Source of the DNA: Candidatus Poriferihabitaceae bacterium
GTDB taxonomy: Bacteria; Pseudomonadota; Gammaproteobacteria; Arenicellales; Poriferihabitantaceae
Assembly (NCBI GenBank): GCA_965221795.1
Contig: OZ244914.1
Location: 826,030-890,029 of the forward strand
DNA: 64,000 nt
Direction of reading: 5' to 3'
Shown here: positions 9,731 through 18,652 of the stretch, in pieces
How the letters are laid out: each line of letters begins with the position of its first letter
Position numbering within the stretch: position 1 is the stretch's first letter
The notes under the pieces: model-generated
What the model saw: the letters and a program-made list of their open reading frames with translations, nothing else
The model's database searches: none
Told to the model about the DNA's origin: nothing
Made by a program: the position numbers and the translations under genes

Positions 9731-10559
9731 ACGATTCGCAGGAAAACCGAAATCATTTTGGGCTACGGTGCGCTCCGTGAGCCAAAGAGTGGGTTACAGC
9801 AAAAATGCGCGCATTGTTGTCCCGGGAATGGCTGAATTGAGGAACGCTTTCACTAAAATGAATCTTGACCCCGACTGCCTGGGGGTAGAGGAGCGGCCAA
9901 CGATTTTTGCAAGAGATTTGATGGACTACTTCGATGCGCACTCGAAGGCTTTAATGCAGGAGGCAGAGCCAAGCTTGATGAATGTTGACGAGGCAAGGAA
10001 AGAATTTTCAGCACTGAAGGCAGAATTCAATCCGCAATGCCCCATACCCATGAATAAGCAGAGGGGTGAAAAGAAGGCTGAAGCATACTTGACAGGAATT
10101 GTGAACATGATGGTTGAGCACTATTCATGCGGGTTGCCATGTGACTATGATCCCCGAGAGCTTACAAACGTTATACGTAACGGTCAACCGCTTCGGACGC
10201 TCTCTCGCCGATTGGATGGCGCATTTCCTTCGGCCACAAACCCCATCGCAGTATGGGAAATTAAAGAGTATTACCACACCACCACTTTTGGTAGCCGAGT
10301 CGCCGATGGCGTGTATGAAACACTTCTTGACGGCATGGAGATTGAAGAGATCAGAGAAAACGAAGCAGTCGATATCAAGCATTACCTGATGGTCGATTCA
10401 CGCTATACATGGTGGGAATGTGGCAAATCGTATCTTTGCCGATTGTTCGACATGCTGCATATGGGTTATGTCGATGAAATTCTCTTTGGCAGGCAAGTTG
10501 TCAAAGAGATGCCTCGCATTGTTGGAGAATGGGTGTCACAATATAAAAATACACGGTGA
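9717..10559 (+). CDS. putative type II restriction endonuclease (family not recognised)
   Basis: 280-aa ORF coupled to the C gene. Possible PD-(D/E)xK core (LDGAFP...AVWEIKEYY). The call rests mainly on context. Start TTG at 9717 is uncertain. Confidence 0.5.
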   Translation: MRPNKRFAGKPKSFWATVRSVSQRVGYSKNARIVVPGMAELRNAFTKMNLDPDCLGVEERPTIFARDLMDYFDAHSKALMQEAEPSLMNVDEARKEFSALKAEFNPQCPIPMNKQRGEKKAEAYLTGIVNMMVEHYSCGLPCDYDPRELTNVIRNGQPLRTLSRRLDGAFPSATNPIAVWEIKEYYHTTTFGSRVADGVYETLLDGMEIEEIRENEAVDIKHYLMVDSRYTWWECGKSYLCRLFDMLHMGYVDEILFGRQVVKEMPRIVGEWVSQYKNTR

Positions 10560-11025
10560 CTGCTGGGAACAATCTATCGCCAGCACATGATCCCTGCGAC
10601 CCTTAATCGGGATATTGCGGTAGAAAAGTACCCGTTCAGACGGTTTTCATCCAGCACCTCACCAGCTAAGGTGCTGACAGACCACAGGCTGATAGATGCA
10701 TATGAAAAACCGGTGCAACGGCTGGGTATCGGAACAACAATCTAGATAAGTCAAAACTGGTCGAGCAGTAACAAGCCAGCGTGTTCGAGACAGTGACACA
10801 ACTTGCATCAGCCCAATTATCCGCATTGACATTCCTGCAGAGAAAAGCAAGCGTCGGCATTGCCAGCACGGCGCTCGGAGTGGCAGAAGAACCATGTGCC
10901 AAAAGCGATACAATTTCCGGGAATAATCTCTCTTTTATCCAGCAGCGAAACATGCCGACCAGCAACATGTTACCTGACGTGTATCTATCTACAAACTATA
11001 CGACCCTTCCTCGGAGGAGCAGGAT

Positions 11026-12033
11026 ATGACTACAGAAGACCGGGTGACTGCCCTAAGGCAGGAATTGCAATCCGTTCTAAAGTATAAGAACATCGACCTT
11101 GTCACCCGTTCGGCATGGGGTGAGATTAATTTTGAAAGCGCCCGTGCGGATATAGAAGGCGCACTATCCACTTCAACAGACCTGGATAGCATGCCGCTTG
11201 AGCATCTTACTGATGGGGTCGCAGATAATATTCAAGGAGCGATCCCTGAAGTGGCACATGCCTCACAACAAATACAGGAATTTTCAATCGCGTCAGGCGG
11301 CACACCATCGGACAATAGAGATAGCATATGTAATCAACTTCATGCTGCAGTCGATACTTTCTGTGAGGTTGCAAATCCCCAGATTGCCTATCTCATGTAC
11401 AAGAGAGGCGATGTTGGGGAAAACATTGCCAGACTTGAACAAGCGATCACCAAGTCCCGGAAACTCTATGATGAAGCCCAAACATGGGTCGATGAGAAGA
11501 AGGCGGAAATTGAAAAAATCGAACATGCTGCGCGCACTGCTGCAGCGAGTGCCGGAGTGGGCACTTTCACAGCAGAATTCAATGAAGAGGCGGAAAAGTT
11601 GCAAAGTCAATCCAAGTGTTGGCTTTGGTCATCTTTTGGATTTGCCATAGCTACTATTGGGGCGGCTATACTCTTTTACTTTTGGCCCGATATTTCCTCA
11701 AATGCGGGCATATCGGAAACGCTTCGCAATATAGCAAGCAAGACAGCAGTCATCGTGGTGTTGTTTACTGGTGCCGTATGGTGTGGGCGCATTTATCGTG
11801 CGCTTGTCCATCAAGCGGCAGTGAACAGGCATCGCGCTCTCAGTCTGAAGACTTTTCAGGCATTCGTGGAGGCGACTGACGACAAGTACGTAAAGGGCGC
11901 TGTCCTGATGGCAGCAACCAACACAGTGTTCAGTAACGTACCCACCGGTCTTGTGGAAGAACGCAACAATCAGAACTCTGGGGTCAACTTTGTTGAATTT
12001 GGCAGATCAACTGCAGGGACAACGGACGAATAA
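11026..12033 (+). CDS. hypothetical 2-TM membrane protein with a long N-terminal helical/coiled-coil region
   Basis: 335-aa ORF. TM helices WLWSSFGFAIATIGAAILFYFW and AVIVVLFTGAVWCGRIY. AGGAG precedes the ATG. No family recognised. Confidence 0.6.
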   Translation: MTTEDRVTALRQELQSVLKYKNIDLVTRSAWGEINFESARADIEGALSTSTDLDSMPLEHLTDGVADNIQGAIPEVAHASQQIQEFSIASGGTPSDNRDSICNQLHAAVDTFCEVANPQIAYLMYKRGDVGENIARLEQAITKSRKLYDEAQTWVDEKKAEIEKIEHAARTAAASAGVGTFTAEFNEEAEKLQSQSKCWLWSSFGFAIATIGAAILFYFWPDISSNAGISETLRNIASKTAVIVVLFTGAVWCGRIYRALVHQAAVNRHRALSLKTFQAFVEATDDKYVKGAVLMAATNTVFSNVPTGLVEERNNQNSGVNFVEFGRSTAGTTDE

Positions 12034-12057
12034 TTTCGGCAAAGTTCAATCCATACG

Positions 12058-13446
12058 TCACCAGTCAACCCGGTTTTCCAGGCAGTTTCGGAACAGATCG
12101 TGGGGTTTCGTAAAGGCAGGGGTTCTGGGGCGCATGTTGTCGTCTGAAATGGTAAGGACCGGAGAGTCCATGAGACCACACCCGGCAATTTGCGTCCACA
12201 CCTTCAGGGAATATCTTCCCCGGGACCAGTCCGAAGTGCAACCGCGCCGCGATCCCGGAATGAGGGCGTAGCCCGAAGGGAGGGATCGCGGCGGCGACTG
12301 CAAAATCCACGCTTCGAGTGCTTCTTTTCGGCCTCGGATGGCAGCCATCTCGACGGCCAGCGATCCAGACCGAAGCCATCGGCCAAGGCAAGGGCGAAAC
12401 CGGCACCATGAGGCCGAGCGAAGCCGCTCCGGCGAGTCACCGGAGTGCCGGGGGCGATCGGGGGACCGCCAGCCGCGTCCGGGGGGAGCCAGCCCACGGG
12501 CAAAGACCTCTGCCGGGGTGCGGTATCCCAGGACCTTCCGAGGCCGACGGTGGAGCCGATTCTCCACCGCCCGCACCGGCGCCGGTGTCACCCGGCGGAA
12601 GTCGGTGCCCTTCGGGAAGTACGGGCGCACCAGGCCGTTGGTGTGCTCGTTCCGGCCCCGTTCCCAGGAATGGTAGGGGGTGGCGAAGTAACAGCCCGCA
12701 TCAAGCTTCTGCGCGATCTCCCGATGCCTCGCGAACTCCTTGCCGTGGTCGGCGGTGCCGGTGTGGACCCGGTCCCGGACCGGACCCATGCGCCGGGTAA
12801 TCGCCTCGGTCACCGCCGACGCGGTCTTGCCGTCCACCCACTCCAGGAACCGGAACTTCGAGCCCCGGTCCACCGCCGACACCAGCGCACCCCGGTGCCT
12901 CGCTCCCATGATCGGTTCGAGCTCCCAGTCGCCGATCCGGCACTTCGCCGCCACCACCGCCGGACGCTCCGCAAGGTCGACCCGATCGGGAATGTGCCCA
13001 CGACCGGCAGGACGCCCCCCGCGCCCGTTCGGCTTCTTGCCCCGACGTCGCCGGCACCGGTACCGGGCTCCTCCGGCCTGCCGGTCGGCCCGCACATGCT
13101 CGTAGATCCACTCCTTCCCCGCTATGACTTCGCCCGGCAACCGAACCCAGCCAGCGATCTGCTCCGGGCTCCATCCTTCCTGCAACCGTCCTGCCGCTAC
13201 CGCCCAGCGCTCGGGCGTCCTCTTCCGGGGCACCGCCGACGCTTCCTGACGGCGGGCCGTGGCCTGGCGGTCGGCCTGCTGATGCCGGTCGCCGCGTTGG
13301 CCACGGTGGCGCAAGGTCTCCCGCGAGATCGTCCCGGGGTCGCGTCCGGGATCGCGGGCGATCTCCCGTTTCGACCACCCCCGATGCAACAGCGCGTGAA
13401 TCGGGCATCGTTCGGCATGGGTCAGGTGATGGTAGCCTACGGGCAT
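12058..13446 (-). CDS. IS30-family transposase
   Basis: N-terminal HTH (LTHAERCPIHALLHRGWSKREIA). DDE region (RIGDWELEPIMG...TADHGKEF...PYHSWERGRNEHTNGL). The ORF runs on past the left IR, so the 3' end is uncertain. Confidence 0.85.
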   Translation of the reverse strand: MPVGYHHLTHAERCPIHALLHRGWSKREIARDPGRDPGTISRETLRHRGQRGDRHQQADRQATARRQEASAVPRKRTPERWAVAAGRLQEGWSPEQIAGWVRLPGEVIAGKEWIYEHVRADRQAGGARYRCRRRRGKKPNGRGGRPAGRGHIPDRVDLAERPAVVAAKCRIGDWELEPIMGARHRGALVSAVDRGSKFRFLEWVDGKTASAVTEAITRRMGPVRDRVHTGTADHGKEFARHREIAQKLDAGCYFATPYHSWERGRNEHTNGLVRPYFPKGTDFRRVTPAPVRAVENRLHRRPRKVLGYRTPAEVFARGLAPPGRGWRSPDRPRHSGDSPERLRSASWCRFRPCLGRWLRSGSLAVEMAAIRGRKEALEAWILQSPPRSLPSGYALIPGSRRGCTSDWSRGRYSLKVWTQIAGCGLMDSPVLTISDDNMRPRTPAFTKPHDLFRNCLENRVDW

Positions 13447-13567
13447 GGCAATCCTCCGTTGGTGAGAAACCGAGATGGTTGGCCATCCTCTGGCCCACTG
13501 CAAGCGGCTTGTCAGCTCACCAGCCAGCGGCTTACAGGGTGTTGCACTTCACACTGGAAAGGGGGTT
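12217..13567 (-). mobile_element. IS30-family insertion sequence, apparently intact
   Basis: Imperfect terminal inverted repeats (CCAGTCCGAAGTGCAAC near 12225, and GTTGCACTTCACACTGG near 13545). Uninterrupted transposase ORF. Three decayed copies occur elsewhere in the window. Confidence 0.7.
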
Positions 13568-13957
13568 CTATTCAGATCGTGAACACGGTATTTTGGGTTT
13601 TCAGGGTCGACTATCGAGAGCCCAGCCGCAGGAGCATTCGTCGCAGCAATAGCCGCGGATACCGCCTCGGTGACGACATTACACAGGTTGCGGGACGACG
13701 GGGTGTGGATTCGCCAGTTTCCCCCTGACTCTCTGGACACACGACCCCGGAAGAAGGCCTCTGGCGGCGAACTTCGAGGTGGTGCGGCGCGGCGGTGCTG
13801 ATGGGCCCGCAGGTCGTCCTCGCAGACAGCACTGGGTGCTTGAGATTTACTTGGGCGAGGAGATGGCAAGCTGAATATCCCATTAGCGCAGCTGGACAGC
13901 CATTAACCGAGCCAGCTGCCAAGCCCCGGTTCTTGGCCTCTTCGGGGCCTTCTCACC

Positions 13958-14320
13958 GCCGAGACCTTCGTCTATCGCAAGGGCGAGCGGCAGGGGCAGA
14001 CCGGCATCGCCCTGCGCTCGACCCTGCTGGCCATCGACTGGCTGCGGATCGGTCGTCAGGTCATCGACCTGAACGCCGGTCTGTCGGCGAGCGAGCCCGC
14101 GGAGCGGCCAGCTCCGGTCCCGAAAGAACCGGCGTTTGTTGCCGAGATGCGGGCCGAGGTCCGCCAGTCGGGCACGGTGCAGCTGGCGAAGGCGCACCCG
14201 GAGTTCGAGGAACGCCGGGCCTTCCTGCGCGATTATGGCTTCACCTGGAGCCGGTCGCAAGCCGCCTGGGTCCGCCAGTCGGCCTCCGAGACGGGGACGA
14301 CGCCGGAGGCTCCGTCACCG
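13958..14320 (+). pseudogene. 5'-truncated second copy of the DUF3577 gene
   Basis: Encodes ETFVYRKGERQGQTGIALRSTLLAIDWLRIGRQVIDL...MRAEVRQSGTVQLAK...GFTWSRSQAAWVR. About nine-tenths identical at DNA level to 5996..6350. The N-terminal half is missing. Confidence 0.65.
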
Positions 14321-14738
14321 TCGTGTCCACCGTCACCCGCCGTAACTCACACGGCGTCACGGTGCCGCTCTCCCGACTGGCGTCGATCTTTGCCTTCCGA
14401 ATCTCTTCGCCACCAGACTCCCCGATGCGCGAGCGAAACCGTGTCCGGCGGCTCGGGTCGATCGGCGGACGGTGCGGGAAAGACTCCTCGCCGCAACAGG
14501 ACTACCCGTAGCGATTCTCCACCCAACGCACGACCACCAGACGGAAATATCGCACCACTCCGCATATGGCGGGTGACCGGCAGTCTGGTGATTCGTGGTC
14601 GGTCAGATGAGCGGGCCGCCGTCCGCCAACCTCTCCATCTTACCGGTCAGGCGAATGACTAGGGATCTAGTGCCATCGCCTCTGGTTCGGCTTAACCGAT
14701 GGCCACTGCATTTTCCAGCATGATCGGCTGGCTCAGGT

Positions 14739-15164
14739 CTAATGTGTAACCGTTGAGATTGGCGAGACGATACATCGATTTCGATGCCAGCGAATCCGAC
14801 GGGCATGAGTCGACGATTTGTGCCGGATGGGATCGGGACCCGCCATACCGCCCACCATCTGGACCATGGCCTCATGTTGCGACAGCGCTGTCCAGCCAAG
14901 ACGGGCGCGACGTGTCTCTTTCCGGGCACCAAAGAACCGCGCGACTTGAATCACATAATTCCGCAAACTGCCAACATGTGCGGTCCCCGTGCCGGCCATG
15001 TCCAGGTGCTGACGGTCCCAGCGCTGCTGCTCCGGGGTGTAAGGACTGAAATCCGGATCCGTGGTATGGCCTGTATGGGTCTGCTCTCCACTTGGCCCGA
15101 TAATCGGCCCCGAGACCTGCGCCAAGGCCGGCACGGTCAATGTCGCCAGCAAGACAGCGGCCAC
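14739..15164 (-). CDS. hypothetical protein with a possible signal peptide
   Basis: 141-aa ORF with a GTG start and a LLATLTVPALAQ-like signal. High GC. No family recognised, so coding status is uncertain. Confidence 0.3.
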   Translation of the reverse strand: MAAVLLATLTVPALAQVSGPIIGPSGEQTHTGHTTDPDFSPYTPEQQRWDRQHLDMAGTGTAHVGSLRNYVIQVARFFGARKETRRARLGWTALSQHEAMVQMVGGMAGPDPIRHKSSTHARRIRWHRNRCIVSPISTVTH

Positions 15165-15452
15165 GAATGAGAGGGTGAATTTAGGGGGGAGGGCGTAGAT
15201 TGAGTACGGTTCATGGGTTCTTCCGGTTACGAACTCATAGTGGATTGTGGAGGTCGTGGATTATACTTCCACCGGAAGTCTTGAGAGAATCCCCGGGGAA
15301 CCGGTTTCTGGCCGCCCTTTGGGGTGACTCGCCAGGGCGGGAGTGTGTCCGGTAGATGGGGCCCTTCGCTGGCAGATTCCGCCGGCCCTGTCAAGCATTC
15401 GGCATCCATTTCGGCTGCGAATTGCCCGCGAATTTCGCCCCGAAACCGGCCC

Positions 15453-15710
15453 ATGGAACTCACATCAGTACCATACGAGCGCATGGCACCGCTGCTGCCG
15501 AAGCCGCGGGCAACATCCACCTCTCCAATCTGCAGGTACTCCATGCCATTCTCGATTTGGCCGAGCATGGCGGCAAATGGCGCAGCCTACCGGAGCGGTT
15601 CGGCCATGGACACACGAAATCGACACGCGCATGAACCGATGGTCGAAGAACGGTGTCCTAGGCCATGTGTTCGAGCCTCTGCAACGGGCAAAGAACGCGT
15701 TGAATACCTT
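15453..15710 (+). pseudogene. N-terminal fragment of an IS5-family (IS427-group-like) transposase
   Basis: MELTSVPYERMAPLLPKPR, LHAILDLAEHGGKWRSLPERFG and NRWSKNGVL are spread over three frames. Paralogous to the IS at 30074..30923. Confidence 0.55.
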
Positions 15711-15909
15711 TCGCAACCTCTTGGGGCAAGGCCCATCGAAGAAATTGCTCATTGTTTTTCTGTTCTGGGTGATGTACTTTGACAATTCCATTGCATCTTA
15801 GAGAAGGATCTCTATGGATCCATTCGATATATACAAATTGGTTGCGTGCAGAAAAAAAGTTGATGTTTCACTTATGGGGCCCCGATCCGGGTCTGGGTGA
15901 GGAATTGTC

Positions 15910-17214
15910 TTGAACATCCCGCTCGTCAATGAATCCCGGGAGGCACCACAGAGCCTGTTCCCCATTATCTTGTCCACTTGGGCCTTGCTGCTTGGATTCG
16001 GGATCCTGATGCTGGGCGATGGATTACAAGCCACGTTGCTGGCGGTGCGTGCAGACCAGGAGGGATTCAGTGCGACCATAACGGGCTTGATCATGTCCTC
16101 TTTCTACATCGGCTTTCTGGCTGGCTCTCTCCTGGCGCCTCAGATTATGCGCCAAGTGGGGCACGTGAGGGTCTTTGCTGCCTTTGCGGCCATGGCATCT
16201 GCCGCAATCCTCGTGCATGCCGTGTTTATTCAGGTCTGGGTATGGATTGCTCTCCGACTGATCAGTGGATTCTGCTTCGCCGGGCTCTATGTCGTGGCGG
16301 AAAGCTGGCTCAACGAATGCGCCACCAACCAGACCCGGGGCAAGCTGTTGTCGATCTATATGGTGGTCACGTATGTCGGCGTCGGTCTCGGGCAACTCAT
16401 GCTGAATCTGGCAGACCCCCGTGACTATCCACTGTTCGTGCTGACATCGATACTGATCTCCATCGCGGTGGTACCCCTGCTGTTATCCGCTCGAGAATCA
16501 CCCAGTTATCAACAGTCGGTACATATCCGGATGCGGGAACTCTATCGGGTATCTCCTCTGGGCATGCTGGGAATGTTCATGGTCGGACTGGTCACCGCTA
16601 CATTTTTCTCCCTCGGTCCAGTGTACGCACAACGCCTAGGGCTTTCGCTTCGCGAGATATCCTGGTTCATGACCGGAGGCGTAATCGGTACGATCTTGTT
16701 CCAGTGGCCTATTGGGGCATTGTCTGATCGATTGGACCGGCGCAAGGTATTGATTGTGATCATGCTACTCGCCGGATTATCCGCCATTCTCTGTATCCTA
16801 GTGTCTGATGGAGACAGTCGGATCTTGCTGTTGGCTGTCGGTGGATTTTGTGGGCTCGCCCTGCCGCTCTACTCAGTATGTATCGCCTATATCAATGATC
16901 ATCTTGATCCCAGCCAGATGATCGCTGCCAGTGGTACACTAGTACTGGTTAGTGGAGCGGGTGCCGTCGTCGGGCCCACGGTTGTAGCGGCCATGATGGA
17001 TGAGTTCGGCAATTCATGGTTTTTCGGATGCATGTGCTTTGCATACCTGTTCACCGGCTTCTTCGGAACCTATCGCATGTCCCGGCGCCGCGTATTTCGA
17101 AGAAAGTCACGACTGTCGGCGACGCCTACGGCAATGCACCCCTCAAGTGCGGCATTTGAAAGCATGCAACAACACGCCAGGGAAGATTACGAAGCGGATC
17201 AAAGGGTTCCATAA
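15910..17214 (+). CDS. MFS transporter
   Basis: 434 aa with about 12 TM helices. MFS-like loop motif between TM2 and TM3 (MRQVGHVRVF). Confidence 0.85.
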   Translation: MNIPLVNESREAPQSLFPIILSTWALLLGFGILMLGDGLQATLLAVRADQEGFSATITGLIMSSFYIGFLAGSLLAPQIMRQVGHVRVFAAFAAMASAAILVHAVFIQVWVWIALRLISGFCFAGLYVVAESWLNECATNQTRGKLLSIYMVVTYVGVGLGQLMLNLADPRDYPLFVLTSILISIAVVPLLLSARESPSYQQSVHIRMRELYRVSPLGMLGMFMVGLVTATFFSLGPVYAQRLGLSLREISWFMTGGVIGTILFQWPIGALSDRLDRRKVLIVIMLLAGLSAILCILVSDGDSRILLLAVGGFCGLALPLYSVCIAYINDHLDPSQMIAASGTLVLVSGAGAVVGPTVVAAMMDEFGNSWFFGCMCFAYLFTGFFGTYRMSRRRVFRRKSRLSATPTAMHPSSAAFESMQQHAREDYEADQRVP

Positions 17215-17335
17215 GAGGTGCCAACTGCAACGATTCGCATCGGAAGCGAGAATGGTGCGCCTCAAGCAAGCCAAAGCCGATCCTTTGGGATGACCTCAAC
17301 CGTCACCAAGATAGCAATGATACGAAATCGACCGA

Positions 17336-18256
17336 TCAGGCTGGATGCGCATGCTTTCCGTTTAGTAACTTTCTCGGATGCACCCGATGGTCCGGCGTTA
17401 CCTCACCGAGACCCAGAAATTGACCCGATTCCAGAAAAATGCGAACCATCCCCACTTTCCATTCCGTATGGGCACGAACACTTCGACCCAAGAGAAGATA
17501 GCGTGCGAGGTTCTCCGCGACCCGGACCTCGGGCAAACGCACCAAACCACATTCCGTCGGTAACAGCGCCCGTTCACGATCCCTTGGATTGCCAATCTTC
17601 TCCAGTTGATCCAAAGTAATGGCCTGGTCAACAGTGAAATCGCCCACCCCGGTACGCCGCAGGCACTCCACATGCCCCCCACAACCAAGATCCCTGCCGA
17701 TATCCTCTGCCAAAGTCCGGATGTAGAATCCCCTTGAACATCGCACGGCCAGGGCCAGATAGGGGCTCTCAAAGTGTTCCTGTGCCAAATTATATACAGT
17801 CACGAGACGCGGCTCACGCTCTACGGTGATTCCCTTCCGTGCCAGTTTGTAAAGAGGTTGGCCCTCTTTTTTCAGGGCGGAATACATCGGGGGGGTTTGC
17901 AGAAATTCGCCCCGATAGGCATCCAGGACTTCCATCAGCCGGGAATTGTCGACATCCACCGGTTTTTCTGCCATCACTGCTCCGGTCCGGTCTCCAGTAT
18001 CCGTATGGATACCCAAGCGAATGACGACATGATAGGTCTTGTCGGCAGACAGGAACAACTCGGAAATCTTGGTGGCTTCACCGAAACACAAAAGCAGCAG
18101 CCCGGTCGCAATTGGGTCCAGGCTTCCGGTATGTCCTGCTTTTTGGGCATTCAGTAGCTTTTTCGCCTGTTGTAGCGCCTGGTTGGAAGAGAGCCCCTCT
18201 GGCTTGTCCAATAGCAACAGGCCATGGACGGGGGATCCTGATCGAGACTTACCCAT
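17336..18256 (-). CDS. truB: tRNA pseudouridine(55) synthase
   Basis: GLLLLDKPEGLSS and GHTGSLDPIATGLL motifs. Sits in the rbfA-truB position. Confidence 0.95.
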   Translation of the reverse strand: MGKSRSGSPVHGLLLLDKPEGLSSNQALQQAKKLLNAQKAGHTGSLDPIATGLLLLCFGEATKISELFLSADKTYHVVIRLGIHTDTGDRTGAVMAEKPVDVDNSRLMEVLDAYRGEFLQTPPMYSALKKEGQPLYKLARKGITVEREPRLVTVYNLAQEHFESPYLALAVRCSRGFYIRTLAEDIGRDLGCGGHVECLRRTGVGDFTVDQAITLDQLEKIGNPRDRERALLPTECGLVRLPEVRVAENLARYLLLGRSVRAHTEWKVGMVRIFLESGQFLGLGEVTPDHRVHPRKLLNGKHAHPA

Positions 18257-18638
18257 CCCGTCGATTTTGATTCAATTGGTCAATCAAGTTCGTGATTTCA
18301 ATCCCTCTGCGAATGCTATCGTCATATTTAAATCGCAGGGCCGGGGTGACACGCATTTCCGCATGCTGACTCAATCGGCGACGGAGAAAGCCCGAGGCCT
18401 GATTCAGCACTTTTTCCAGATTGGGAAGCACCGTGCCAGAAGCTCCGGCTTCCCCCTCCTTTGGTGTGGTATCAAGGCTGGAAAAATAGACTGTCGCATG
18501 CTTGAGATCCTTTGAGACCCGGACACTATTGATAGAAACCAGGCGTATACGAGGGTCATTGATTTCCCGGGCAATCAACATCGACAGTTCACGGCACATC
18601 AATCCCGAGACCCTGCGGGTCCGGTCAGTGTTAATCAT
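18249..18638 (-). CDS. rbfA: ribosome-binding factor A
   Basis: 129 aa. RVSGLMCRELSMLI...DPR...VSINSVRVSKDLKHATVYF pattern. Lies downstream of infB. Confidence 0.9.
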   Translation of the reverse strand: MINTDRTRRVSGLMCRELSMLIAREINDPRIRLVSINSVRVSKDLKHATVYFSSLDTTPKEGEAGASGTVLPNLEKVLNQASGFLRRRLSQHAEMRVTPALRFKYDDSIRRGIEITNLIDQLNQNRRDG

Positions 18639-18652
18639 AGGAATCGGACAAA

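Noticed and set aside
12445-13728. 427-aa plus-strand ORF, together with several 100-265-aa ORFs overlapping the IS30 transposase. Similar ORFs occur at 38175-39080, 40001-40842 and 42670-43345.
   Set aside because: The DNA is very GC-rich, and long open frames arise by chance in all six frames. Only the frame with transposase motifs is credible.
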